The position numbers and the translations under genes were made by a program. Positions 1 through 9,049 of a DNA stretch of 64,000 nucleotides are shown piece by piece. Every line of letters starts with the position of its first letter. Positions within the stretch are counted from its first letter, which is position 1. Origin of the DNA: Bryobacterales bacterium (GTDB lineage: Bacteria > Acidobacteriota > Terriglobia > Bryobacterales > UBA6623); the NCBI GenBank assembly GCA_041394905.1, contig JAWKHJ010000004.1:398952-462951 (forward strand). The letters are read 5' to 3'. The notes below the pieces were generated by a model. The model was not told the origin of the DNA. It searched no databases and worked only from the letters and a program-made list of their open reading frames with translations.

Positions 1-954
1 CACGCCTCGTCCTCGCCCGGCACGCACCCGGTTGGGCTCGACTCACTCCCCGCCGAGACGGCCGTGCCGCAAGGCCTGGACTGGGACCTGTGGCTGGGCG
101 GCGCGCAGATGCGCTCGTACAACCCCACCTACACACCGTACAACTGGCGGGGGTACTTCGACTTCGGCACCGGCCAGCTCGGCAACTGGGGCATCCACGT
201 GTTGGGGCCGGTGAACCTGGCGCTGCAGCTTGGCGCGCCGATCAGCGTCGAGCTGTTGCGGCAAGTCGATTCGAGCAACTGGACCTACCCGATGCGCGCC
301 GTGCTCAAGTACGACTTCCCGGCGCGCGGAGCCATGCCCCCGGTGTCGGTTTACTGGCACGACTCAGCCCTGCCGGGCGAGGACGAAGCCTACCAAGTGC
401 CTGGGATGAACGGCGAGACGATTCTGCCGCGCTCGGGCAATTTGGGCTACAAGGGCCGCGGACCTGAGCCGCGCGAGCGCACCGGCGGATCGCGCCGGCC
501 GCGCACTGGACCGCCACAGGGCGCGGGCGGCCCCGGCGTCGATGTCTACAACTGGGAACGGCGCAGCGTGGGCACCGAACCCGGCGTGCTGTCGAGCAAT
601 GGCGCGGTGTTCGTCGGGTCCAAGGGCCTGATGACGACGGTCGAGCGTGGCGAAGGCGTGCAACTGCTGCCCGCCGAGCGCTGGAAGGATTACGAGCTGC
701 CGCCGGAGCTGCTGACGCGCTCGCCAGGCCACATGATGGATTGGATCCGCTTCTGCAAAGGCGGCGAGGCGTCGTGCTCGCATTTTGGTATCGCGGGACC
801 GTTCACGGAATGGGTCGTGCTCGGAGCCATCGCCTTCCGCGTGCCGGGCAAGAAGCTCGAGTGGGACAGCGCGAACCTGCGCTTCACCAACAGCGAAGAG
901 GCCAATCAGTACGTGAAACCGCAATTCCGCGAAGGCTGGGAGCTGAAGCTGTAG
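1..954 (+). CDS. Gfo/Idh/MocA-family oxidoreductase, C-terminal part (5' end upstream of window)
   Basis: Frame 1 is open from nt 1 to TAG 952-954; the listed ORF 64..954 is only the part after the first Met. The C-terminal block TRSPGHMMDWIRFCKGG...FGIAGPFTEWVVLGAIAFR...LEWDSANLRFTNSEEANQYVKPQFREGWEL matches my memory of the C-terminal domain of this family. Not verified by search. Confidence 0.6.
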   Translation, partial: HASSSPGTHPVGLDSLPAETAVPQGLDWDLWLGGAQMRSYNPTYTPYNWRGYFDFGTGQLGNWGIHVLGPVNLALQLGAPISVELLRQVDSSNWTYPMRAVLKYDFPARGAMPPVSVYWHDSALPGEDEAYQVPGMNGETILPRSGNLGYKGRGPEPRERTGGSRRPRTGPPQGAGGPGVDVYNWERRSVGTEPGVLSSNGAVFVGSKGLMTTVERGEGVQLLPAERWKDYELPPELLTRSPGHMMDWIRFCKGGEASCSHFGIAGPFTEWVVLGAIAFRVPGKKLEWDSANLRFTNSEEANQYVKPQFREGWELKL

Positions 955-1038
955 CGGCGATTCGCCGTCGGCAAGAGGAGGCTTTCCGCGCGCAACCCGC
1001 GCGGTCCGCACCCTCGCGGGCGCGGCTCTGTTCGGACC

Positions 1039-1987
1039 TTACGGCTTCACCTGATTCAAAAGCGCTTCGCCGCGCAAGCCGCGCATCAGGTTCTCCACGG
1101 AATTGCGCGCCATCTCGCGCCGCGTCTCAACCGTGGCGCTGCCCAAGTGCGGCATGATCGTCACGTTGTCGAGGCCGAGCATGGGATGGTCGCGCGGCAG
1201 CGGCTCGGGCTCCGTCACGTCGAGGCCCGCGGCGTAGATCTTGCGGTCGCGCAGAGCCTCATAGAGCGCCTGCGTATCCACCACGCCGCCGCGTGCGATG
1301 TTCACCAGCACGCTGGTCGGCTTCATCTTGGCGAGCGCCGCCGCGTCGATCAGGTTGCGCGTCTCCGCCGTCAGCGGGCAGCACAGCATGACGTAATCAG
1401 ACTCGGCGAGAAGCTCGTCGAACGAACGGTACTCGACGCCTAAGCTCTTGCTCGACCTCGGGCCGCGGGCGGCGATTGAAGTAGAGCACCCGCATGTCGA
1501 AGCCCTTGGCGCGCCGCGCCACCTGACGGCCAATCGCACCGAGCCCGATGATGCCGAGCGTCGTCGAATGGACTTCCCGGCCGAGCATGTAGCCCGGGTC
1601 GTAATGCACAAACTCAGGCGATCGAGCATAGCGCTCGCCTTCCATCACGCGGCGTCCCGCTGCGAGCAGCAACGCCATCCCCATGTCGGCCGTCGCGCCG
1701 TCCAGCACACTCGGCGTATTGCCGACCGGAATGCCCCTTTCGGCCGCAGCCTTCACGTCAATGTGGTCGACGCCCACGCCGTAGTTCGAGATGATGCGAA
1801 TCCCCGGCAGCCGGTCCATCACGGCGCCGTCTACGGTCAGGTGGCCGTAGGTATAGATTCCGTCCACATCGTCGGCGCCCGTTTCAGTCAGGCTCCAGGG
1901 CAGCAGCTCGACTTGGTCGCCAAGAAATTCGACGACGGCTTCAGCGAAGGGAGGACCGTCGGCCACGACGCGGGGTTTTTGAGGCAT
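1039..1987 (-). CDS. D-isomer-specific 2-hydroxyacid dehydrogenase (glyoxylate/hydroxypyruvate reductase-like); frame broken once near 1440-1455
   Basis: The N-terminal half is ORF 1397..1987 (GVGVDHIDVKAAAERGIPVGNTP; NAD fold GIIGLGAIGRQVARRAKGFDMRVLYFNR). The C-terminal half continues in the frame of ORF 1039..1629 (LVNIARGGVVDTQALYEALRDRKIYAAGLDVTEPEPLP...MPHLGSATVETR). The frames abut at ...PEVEQE / LGVEYRSFDELL, consistent with one extra base. Confidence 0.85.
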
Positions 1988-1998
1988 AGCGAAGGTCC

Positions 1999-2972
1999 TT
2001 AGATTGCCTGCCAGCGCACCACGCCGTCAACCTGCGCCTTCGCCACCCTGCCGCTGCGCGCCAGGAACTCGAGATGCGCCAGCGCCTCGGCCATGGCGAA
2101 ACGCAGTTGCGCCGCCGGACGGTGCGAGCCCCAATGTGCGCGGGCGATCTCGAATCCATCGAGCGGCCGCTCTTTGACGAGAGTCTCCAATTGGTCGCAA
2201 CGCTCGCGGTGGTGCTGCCGCGTCGAGGCGATCCATTCTCGATGCCCGCTAAAGGGAGCCGTGCGAGGGACGATGCGGTCGACATCGAGCTGTTCGAGCG
2301 TCGCGAGCGTATCGAAGTACTGGCCGAGCGGGTTCGCCGAGGAGAAGGGTTGCACGCCGATGTTCGGCGTGATCTTCTCGAGAATGGCGTCGGTCGAATA
2401 GAGCGTGCGGTTCGCGCGGTCGAGAAAGCACAGCAACTCGAGCGAGTGACCGGGCGCCCGCAAGACCTCCAAGCGTCCGCCTTCGTAGTCGAACGTGTCT
2501 CCGGCGTCGACCGACTCGTCGGCGTAGAAGCGTTGCATGCCGTCGGCGACGCCGCGCGCTTCCTGCTTCATGTTCTCGACCGCGTCGGCGGGCACGCCGT
2601 GGCTCAGCAGATGCCGCTCTGTTGCTTGGAAAAGTCGTCCGCGGCGTCGCGCGGAGCGAGCCAGCGCGCCTCGTCGGGCTGCATGTGGATGGGCGCGCCC
2701 GAGAGCTTGCGTGCACGTGCCGCGCCGCCCACGTGGTCGGGGTGCATGTGCGAGATCACGATTCGACGGATCGCCGTCCAGCCAAGCCCGATCTGCGCAA
2801 AAGCCTCGTCGAACGCCGCAAACGTCTCGTCGCTGTGGAGCCCGGAGTCGAGCAGCAGCCAGCCATCGGCCTGGCGGAACACAAAGGCGTTGACCGAGGG
2901 CAATCGCTTCCACGGCAGTGGCAGACGGATGAGCCAGGCCCCTCGGCCAAGCTGTTGGACGCGATCTTGCAT
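1999..2972 (-). CDS. MBL-fold metallo-hydrolase; frame broken once near 2615-2635
   Basis: ORF 2604..2972 carries the HxHxDH motif (ISHMHPDHVGG). The remainder (LEVLRAPGHSLELLCFLD...SGHREWIASTRQHHRERCDQL) continues in the frame of ORF 1999..2997. The join is ...DFSKQ / TERHLLSHG, next to the A4 run at 2630-2633, consistent with one missing base. Confidence 0.75.
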
Positions 2973-2977
2973 GAATT

Positions 2978-4476
2978 TCAGACTTCGGCCTCGACAATCG
3001 CCGCGAGCAAACCGTCCGCGGTGTAGTTCTTGGCCTCCGCCGACGGGGCCAAGCCGTGCTCGCGGAGCGTGGCGGAGGTGACCGGACCGATGGAGGCCAA
3101 GCGCGTGCCGGCGAGCGCTTCCGCTCCTACCATCTTGGCAAGATTCGCAACCGTGGACGAGCTAGTGAACGTGACCCAGTCGACCGCGCCCGGTTCGGCA
3201 AACAGCTCCCCGCCTTGGCAGCTGAATCCTCCGGCAGAACCGTCTCGTAGGCCGCGACAACGTCGACGGTCGCGCCCCGTGCGCGCAGCGTGTCGGGCAG
3301 GACATCGCGCGCCACCAGCGCACGAGGAATCAGCACGCGCTTGCCTTCTAGCCCGAACGGCTCGAGCGCGGCCAACAGACCTTCGGCGACGTACCTTTCC
3401 GGCACGACGTCCGTCTTGAGGTGCAGTTCCTGAAGCGCCGCCGCAGTCGCCGGGCCGATCGCGCAAATCTTCGCCCTTAACGCGCGCCAGTCACGCTCGC
3501 TCGTGTCCAGCCGCTCGACGAAGCGTTCGACGCCGTTGCGGCTGGTGAAGATGAGCCAGTCGTAGCTCTCGAGCCGCGCAATCGCCTCATCGAGAGGACC
3601 GTTGTCGGACGGCGGCCGGATCTCGATCACCGGCAGCTCGATCGGGTCGGCGCCAAGACGGCGGAATTGCTCGGCCATCTCCGCGCTTTGACCTTTGGGC
3701 CGCGTGATGACGACGCGCTTGCCCGCGAGCGGCAGCTTGCCGAACCAGTCGGTGCGTTCACGCAGACTGACGACATCGCCCACGATGACCAGCGCCGGCG
3801 GCTTGAGCCCTTCCTGCTCGATGCGCTCAGCCAAGTTTTCGAGCGTCCCAACGACGGTCTGTTGGTCCGGACGGGTCGCCCAGCGAATGGCCGCGGCGGG
3901 CGTGGAGGGCGCGCGCCCCCCGGCGATTAGCCTGTGCGCGATGTCGCCAAACCCGGTCAGCCCCATGAACAGGACTAGCGTGTCCGCTTTGCCGAGCTTG
4001 CCCCATTCGATCGATTCCGCGGCATGGCCGGTCACGAAGGTGACTGCCTGGGTGTGATCGCGGTGCGTGAGCGGGATGCCCGCATAGGCCGCCGCGCCGA
4101 GCGCAGAGCTCACGCCGGGGACGATCTCGAAGCCCACGCCGGCCTCCGCCAAGGCGGCCGCCTCTTCCCCACCCCGGCCGAAGATACACGGATCGCCGCC
4201 CTTCAGGCGCACGACGGCTTTGCCGGCCCGCGCGCGCTCGACGAGCATGGTGTTGATCTGTTCCTGCGTGTAGGCGTGGGCGGCGCACTTCTTGCCCACG
4301 TAGACGATCTCCGCGTCGGCGCGCGCATGCCCGAGCAGTGCCGGTGCGGCGAGGTTGTCGTAGAAGATCGCGTCCGCCGTCCGCAGCAAGTCCAGTCCGC
4401 GCAGAGTGATCAAGCCGGGGTCTCCCGGTCCGGCCCCAACCAGGTAGACTTTGCCTTGCGGGGCGGCCGGTGTCAT
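2978..4476 (-). CDS. cobA/hemD: Uroporphyrinogen-III C-methyltransferase fused to uroporphyrinogen-III synthase; frame broken once at C-run 3208-3211
   Basis: The N-terminus VYLVGAGPGDPGLITLRGLDLLRTADAIFYD...LKGGDPCIFGRGGEE is the SAM-dependent methyltransferase (CobA/SUMT) signature. It is followed by a HemD-like half (KRVVITRPKGQ...DWLIFTSRNGVERF). The tail (ELFAEPGAVDWVTFTSSSTVANL...) continues in the frame of ORF 2978..3466. Restoring one G to the minus-sense run GCGGGG gives ...AAKAGELFAEPG. Confidence 0.85.
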
Positions 4477-5393
4477 GGCAGCTCAGCGGCGGCGATGAGA
4501 GCGGCGGCGCCATCGGCGAGCAGCGACTGCGCGGCAAGTTGGCCAAGCGCCACAGGGTCGGCGAGCGGACCGTGCTTATGCGTCCGCACCACCATCTGGC
4601 CATCCGGCGCGGCGACCACCGCGAGCAAGTGCAACTCATCGCCCTCAACGCGCGCCAAAGCGCCGAGCGGCACCTGGCAGCCTCCGCCCAACGCATCGAG
4701 CAAGGCGCGCTCGGCGTCCGTCGCGGCGCGCGTGTGCGCATGCTCCAGCGGCGCCAATGCCGCAGATGTCTCTTCGTCACCGTCGCGCGTCTCGATACCC
4801 AGCGCTCCTTGACCCACCGCCGGCGCCATCACCTCCGGGTCGAGCGCTTCGGTGATCCGATCTTCCAGGCCCAGCCGGCGCAGCCCCGCGCAGGCCAACA
4901 GCGTAGCGTCGAACTGTCCTTCGTCGCGCTTGCGCAATCGCGTCTCCACGTTGCCGCGGATGTCGCCAAGATGAAGATCCGGCCGCAGCGCGCGCAACTG
5001 AGCCGCACGGCGGAGCGAGCTCGTCCCCACGCGCGCGCCCTCGGGCAGATCGGCTAGACGAAAGCCCACCAGCGCATCGCGCGGGTCTTCGCGCTCAGGC
5101 ACCGTAGCCAACATCAAGCCTTCGGGCAGCTCGGTCGGCAGATCCTTCAAGCTGTGGACGGCCAAGTCGATCGAGCCGTCCAGCAAAGCGTCTTCAATCT
5201 CCTTGGTGAAGACGCCCTTCGAGCCGGTCTTGGCGCCGACCTGGGCAAGAGCTACGTCGGTGATCTTGTCGCCCGAGGTCTTGATGATTTCGATGCGCGT
5301 TTCGCGGCCGGCTTCGCGCAGGCGGTCTTCCACCCAGCGAGCCTGCCACAGCGCGAGCTTCGAGCCGCGAGAGCCGATGACGAGAGGCTTCAT
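4473..5393 (-). CDS. hemC: Hydroxymethylbilane synthase (porphobilinogen deaminase)
   Basis: Intact 306-aa ORF. Motifs: IGSRGSKLALWQA, GDKI...GSKGVFTKEIEDALLDGSIDLAVHSLKDLP, SSLRR..QL, IRGNVETRL. ATGA overlaps with both neighbours. Confidence 0.95.
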   Translation of the reverse strand: MKPLVIGSRGSKLALWQARWVEDRLREAGRETRIEIIKTSGDKITDVALAQVGAKTGSKGVFTKEIEDALLDGSIDLAVHSLKDLPTELPEGLMLATVPEREDPRDALVGFRLADLPEGARVGTSSLRRAAQLRALRPDLHLGDIRGNVETRLRKRDEGQFDATLLACAGLRRLGLEDRITEALDPEVMAPAVGQGALGIETRDGDEETSAALAPLEHAHTRAATDAERALLDALGGGCQVPLGALARVEGDELHLLAVVAAPDGQMVVRTHKHGPLADPVALGQLAAQSLLADGAAALIAAAELP

Positions 5394-6658
5394 GAACGTT
5401 TGAGGTTGAAGGTGCGCCGCACGAACTCGACAAAGCGGCGCCCGTCTGGGTGGCCGACCATCTTCTTCATCTCAGTGATGGGATGGTGCGCCACCTTGTT
5501 CATCATCGCGCGTGTCAGCCCCTCGACCGCCTGCTCTTGCTCTGGCGTCAGCTGGCCGAGCTTATTGCGGAAGCGATGAATCTCAGCGAGCCGCACTTCC
5601 TCGAGGTGCTTGTGCAGAGACTCGATCGTGGGGCCGAGTTGCGCCCCGCGCAGCCGCCGCAACATGCCCTCGACCTCTTCCTCGACGATTTGTTCAGCCT
5701 GCTCCGCCTCGCGGCGGCGCTGCTTCAAGTTCGCCTCGGCGACCTGCTGCAGATCGTCGATGTCGTAGACGAACATCTCGTCGACCGAGTTGATCTCCGG
5801 ATCGATGTCGCGCGGCACCGCAATGTCGACGAAGAAGAGCGGCCTGCCACGGCGGGCGGCGCCAATGCCCTTGGCCGTCTCCTTGGTCAGGATGAAGCCC
5901 GGCGCGCCGGTCGAGCTGATCACGATGTCGACCTTGGTCAACATTTCGAGGAGCCGATCGTAGGGCACCGGCTCGCCGTCGAACTGCCGCGCAAGCTCCT
6001 GTGCGCGCTCAAACGTGCGGTTGGCGACGTAGGTCTTCTCCGCGCCTGCGCCCTTCAAGTGCCGGGCCGTCGCCTCCGACATCTTGCCCGCGCCGATGAT
6101 CAGCACCGACAGCCCGGAGAGCTCGCCAAAAATCTTCCGCGCCAGCTCGACGGCAACGTAGCTGATCGAGACGGCCATCTGCCCGATGCCGGTCTCATTG
6201 CGCACACGCCGTGCGACGCGAAACGCAGCGGTCAACAGCTGGTCGAGCGGCCCGCGGATCGTCCCCGCGCGCTTGGCCGACTGGTAGGCTTCCTTCACCT
6301 GACCGAGGATCTGGGGCTCGCCCACCACCATCGAATCCAGGCTCGAGGCGACGCGAAAGATGTGGCGGACCGCTTCGCGGTCGGCGTAGCGGTACAGGTA
6401 CGGCTCGGCGTGCCGCATTGGGTCGCCATGCGCCTCGCCGAGCAGCGCCAGCAGCTGGGCTTCGGCCCCGTCCTCGAGGTCGGAGCGCACCAGGAACTCG
6501 ACGCGGTTGCAGGTGGAGAGGATGCACGCCTCGTCGATGCCGGGCTGCGCCACCAGCGACTCGAGCAAAACATCCTTGCCCTCGCCGAAGACGGCAAGCC
6601 GTTCCCGCACCTCGACGGGCGCGGTCTTGTGGCTCAACCCTAGGACCAGAACGCTCAT
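5390..6658 (-). CDS. hemA: Glutamyl-tRNA reductase
   Basis: MSVLVLGLSHKTAPVEVRERLA...ILSTCNRVEF...VGEPQILGQVK...VLIIGAGKMSE. I prefer the internal ATG at 6658, which makes an ATGA overlap with the upstream gene stop, over the listed start at 6697. Confidence 0.93.
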   Translation of the reverse strand: MSVLVLGLSHKTAPVEVRERLAVFGEGKDVLLESLVAQPGIDEACILSTCNRVEFLVRSDLEDGAEAQLLALLGEAHGDPMRHAEPYLYRYADREAVRHIFRVASSLDSMVVGEPQILGQVKEAYQSAKRAGTIRGPLDQLLTAAFRVARRVRNETGIGQMAVSISYVAVELARKIFGELSGLSVLIIGAGKMSEATARHLKGAGAEKTYVANRTFERAQELARQFDGEPVPYDRLLEMLTKVDIVISSTGAPGFILTKETAKGIGAARRGRPLFFVDIAVPRDIDPEINSVDEMFVYDIDDLQQVAEANLKQRRREAEQAEQIVEEEVEGMLRRLRGAQLGPTIESLHKHLEEVRLAEIHRFRNKLGQLTPEQEQAVEGLTRAMMNKVAHHPITEMKKMVGHPDGRRFVEFVRRTFNLKRS

Positions 6659-7473
6659 TGCCTCATGAACGCGTGCGCGCCGTCGCTGACGATCCACGTC
6701 AGAGCCGCGCAGCAGAACCCCGCAATCGCAAAATAGGCGCTCTTACGGCCGCGCCAGCCGATGGCCACGCGGCTGAACACCATGGCCAGGTAGATGATCC
6801 AGGTCACGAACGCCAGCGCAATCTTCGGATCGACGATCCAGCTTGCTCCCCACTGCGCGGAAGCGTAGATGCTGGCCGCGATCAATCCGAGCGTCACCGA
6901 CACGAAGCCCAGCGCCAACGTCTGGTGCGCCACTTGATCGAGCTTGTTCAGCGGCGGCAGCCGATAGTAGAACGCCCGCGGCCGCTTTGACTTCAACTCA
7001 TGCTCCTGGATCAGGTACATCACGCCGGCCGCAAACGTCAGGAAAAGAGCCGCATATCCCAAAAGGAATAGCGCCACATGCACGGCCTCCCAACCGCCCT
7101 GCACCGAGTCGCGAATCCACGGCGCCAACGGTTTGGCCAAGCTCGCGGTCAGCGTCAGGATGAACACGATCGGAAAAACGAAGACCGCCAGCGACTCGTA
7201 GCGAAATCGCCGGTACGCCCACAAAAACACCGCCGTGATCAGAAACGCCGTCAGCGACGCCATCTGATAGATCGACACCACGGGCAATCCCCGCATAGAC
7301 CAAGCGTCGAAAGCGATCGAGACGAAATGAAAGCCGAACCCGACCGAGATGGACGTCAGGGCCGCGACGAAAATCTGCCGCTTCTGCTCAATGACGGTCG
7401 CGAACGAATGCCACAGGCCCAAGGAGTATAAAAGTAGGGCCACGCGCAGCCACAGAACGGCCCATTCGTTCAC
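6655..7473 (-). CDS. Cytochrome c assembly protein family (CcsA/HemX-like) polytopic membrane protein
   Basis: Intact 272-aa ORF with about 8 hydrophobic segments and a Trp-rich C-terminal part (WGASWIVDPKI...TWIIY). It lies immediately upstream of hemA, as hemX does in Bacillus-type hem operons. Confidence 0.7.
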   Translation of the reverse strand: MNEWAVLWLRVALLLYSLGLWHSFATVIEQKRQIFVAALTSISVGFGFHFVSIAFDAWSMRGLPVVSIYQMASLTAFLITAVFLWAYRRFRYESLAVFVFPIVFILTLTASLAKPLAPWIRDSVQGGWEAVHVALFLLGYAALFLTFAAGVMYLIQEHELKSKRPRAFYYRLPPLNKLDQVAHQTLALGFVSVTLGLIAASIYASAQWGASWIVDPKIALAFVTWIIYLAMVFSRVAIGWRGRKSAYFAIAGFCCAALTWIVSDGAHAFMRQ

Positions 7474-7531
7474 GCTCTCATTATATCCGCGAGGGTTTGG
7501 CCGGCGGCGGCGGCAGGCTGTCGCCGACCGT

Positions 7532-9049
7532 TTATTCGCGATCCACTGAGCGGCCGGTGACCAGCTGTTCGATGCCGACCAAGTCAGTCGGATACGAGCC
7601 CGTGTAGCAGGCGTAGCAGAACTCGTTGTCGCGCGGCCCGACCGCGCTCTTCAGGCCGGCGAGCGAGAGGTAGGCGAGCGAGTCCGCTCCGGTGTACTCG
7701 CGGATCTGGTCGATCGTGTTGTGCGACGCGATCAGCTCGTCTTTATCCGGCGTGTCCACGCCGTAGTAGCAAGGCGAGATGGTCGGCGGACAAGAAATGC
7801 GCAGGTGGACTTCCCTGGCGCCGAATTCGCGCATCAGGTCAACGATCTTCTTGCTCGTGGTGCCGCGCACCAGCGAGTCGTCGACAAGCACGATGCGCTG
7901 CTCCTTCGATGAGCTTGCGCACGGGATTGAGCTTGAGCTTCACCCCGAACGAGCGAATCGACTGTTTCGGCTCGATGAACGTACGACCGACGTAGTGGTT
8001 GCGGATCAGCCCAGGCCTATAAGGCAGCCCGGATTCCGACGAATACCCCAACGCGGCGGACACGCCCGAGTCCGGCACGGGAACGACGCAATCGGCCGGC
8101 ACCGGCGCTCACGCGCCAGGATGCGGCCCATGCGCTCGCGCGCTTCTTCCACCGAACGGCCGAAAACGATCGAATCCGGCCGCGAAAAGTAGACTTCCTC
8201 GAAAACGCAGTGCGCCATCGGCAGTGCTGGCGCGAACGATTCGCGCACCATGCCCTCCTGGGTCACGGTGATCATCTCGCCCGGCTCGACTTCTCCGACG
8301 TACTTGGCGCCGATCAGGTCGAACGCGCACGTCTCCGAAGCAAAGACGTAGGCTTTGCCGCCCGGGCCGGTCTCGGAATCCATCACGCCGATCGCCAACG
8401 GGCGGAAACCGCGCTGGTCGCGGGCCACGATGATGCGATCTTTCGCTAGAAGAACGAGCGAGAAGGCGCCTTCGAGGCGCAACAACGACTCTCGTAGTGC
8501 ATGGCGCAGCAAAGTCTCGCGCGAACGCGCCATCAGATGCAGGATGACCTCGGTGTCGCTCGTCGCCTGGAAGATCGAGCCCGACATTTCGAGCTCACGC
8601 CGCAGCTCGATTGCGTTCGTCAGGTTGCCGTTGTGGGCCACCGCCAGCGAGCCCTTACTACATTCGACGTAGAAAGGCTGCGCATTCAGCTTCGCGCTCT
8701 GGCCTGAGGTGGAGTAACGCGTGTGGCCGATCGCCGCATGGCCGGGCAGCCCGTCGAGCACACTCTTCTCGAAGATGCCCTGCACCAGCCCCATGCCCTT
8801 GTGGGCGTGCAGCTTGCCGTCGCTCGAGACGATGCCGGCGCTCTCCTGGCCGCGGTGCTGCAATGCATGCAACGCGAGGTAGGCCATGTTGGCCGCCTCG
8901 GGGTGCCCGAAGATGGCGGCGACGCCGCATTCGTCATGAAAGCGGTCGTCGGGATCGCCGACGCTCGTGCAGTAGCTCTCTGGCGCGGTCAGGCCGGCGA
9001 GCACGAGGTCGCGGGCGAGCGCCTTACGATGGTCGGCGGGGTCTTTCAT
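7532..9049 (-). CDS. purF: Amidophosphoribosyltransferase; two frame changes (about 8100 and about 7897)
   Basis: The N-terminal Ntn-type part is ORF 8006..9049 ([12 protein letters not shown]...[10 protein letters not shown]...GHTRYSTSG). The middle is ORF 7839..8102 ([41 protein letters not shown]). The C-terminal part is ORF 7532..7891 ([17 protein letters not shown]...[15 protein letters not shown]). Confidence 0.9.

Noticed and set aside
440-560. Low-complexity stretch RGPEPRERTGGSRRPRTGPPQGAGGPG in the first CDS as a possible double frameshift
   Set aside because: The alternative frames contain a stop or are not protein-like, and the flanks stay in one frame. It is probably a variable surface loop.
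5450-6643. 397-aa plus-strand ORF
   Set aside because: It is entirely antisense to hemA, Arg/Ala/Leu-rich with no recognisable motifs. This is a typical shadow ORF in high-GC DNA.
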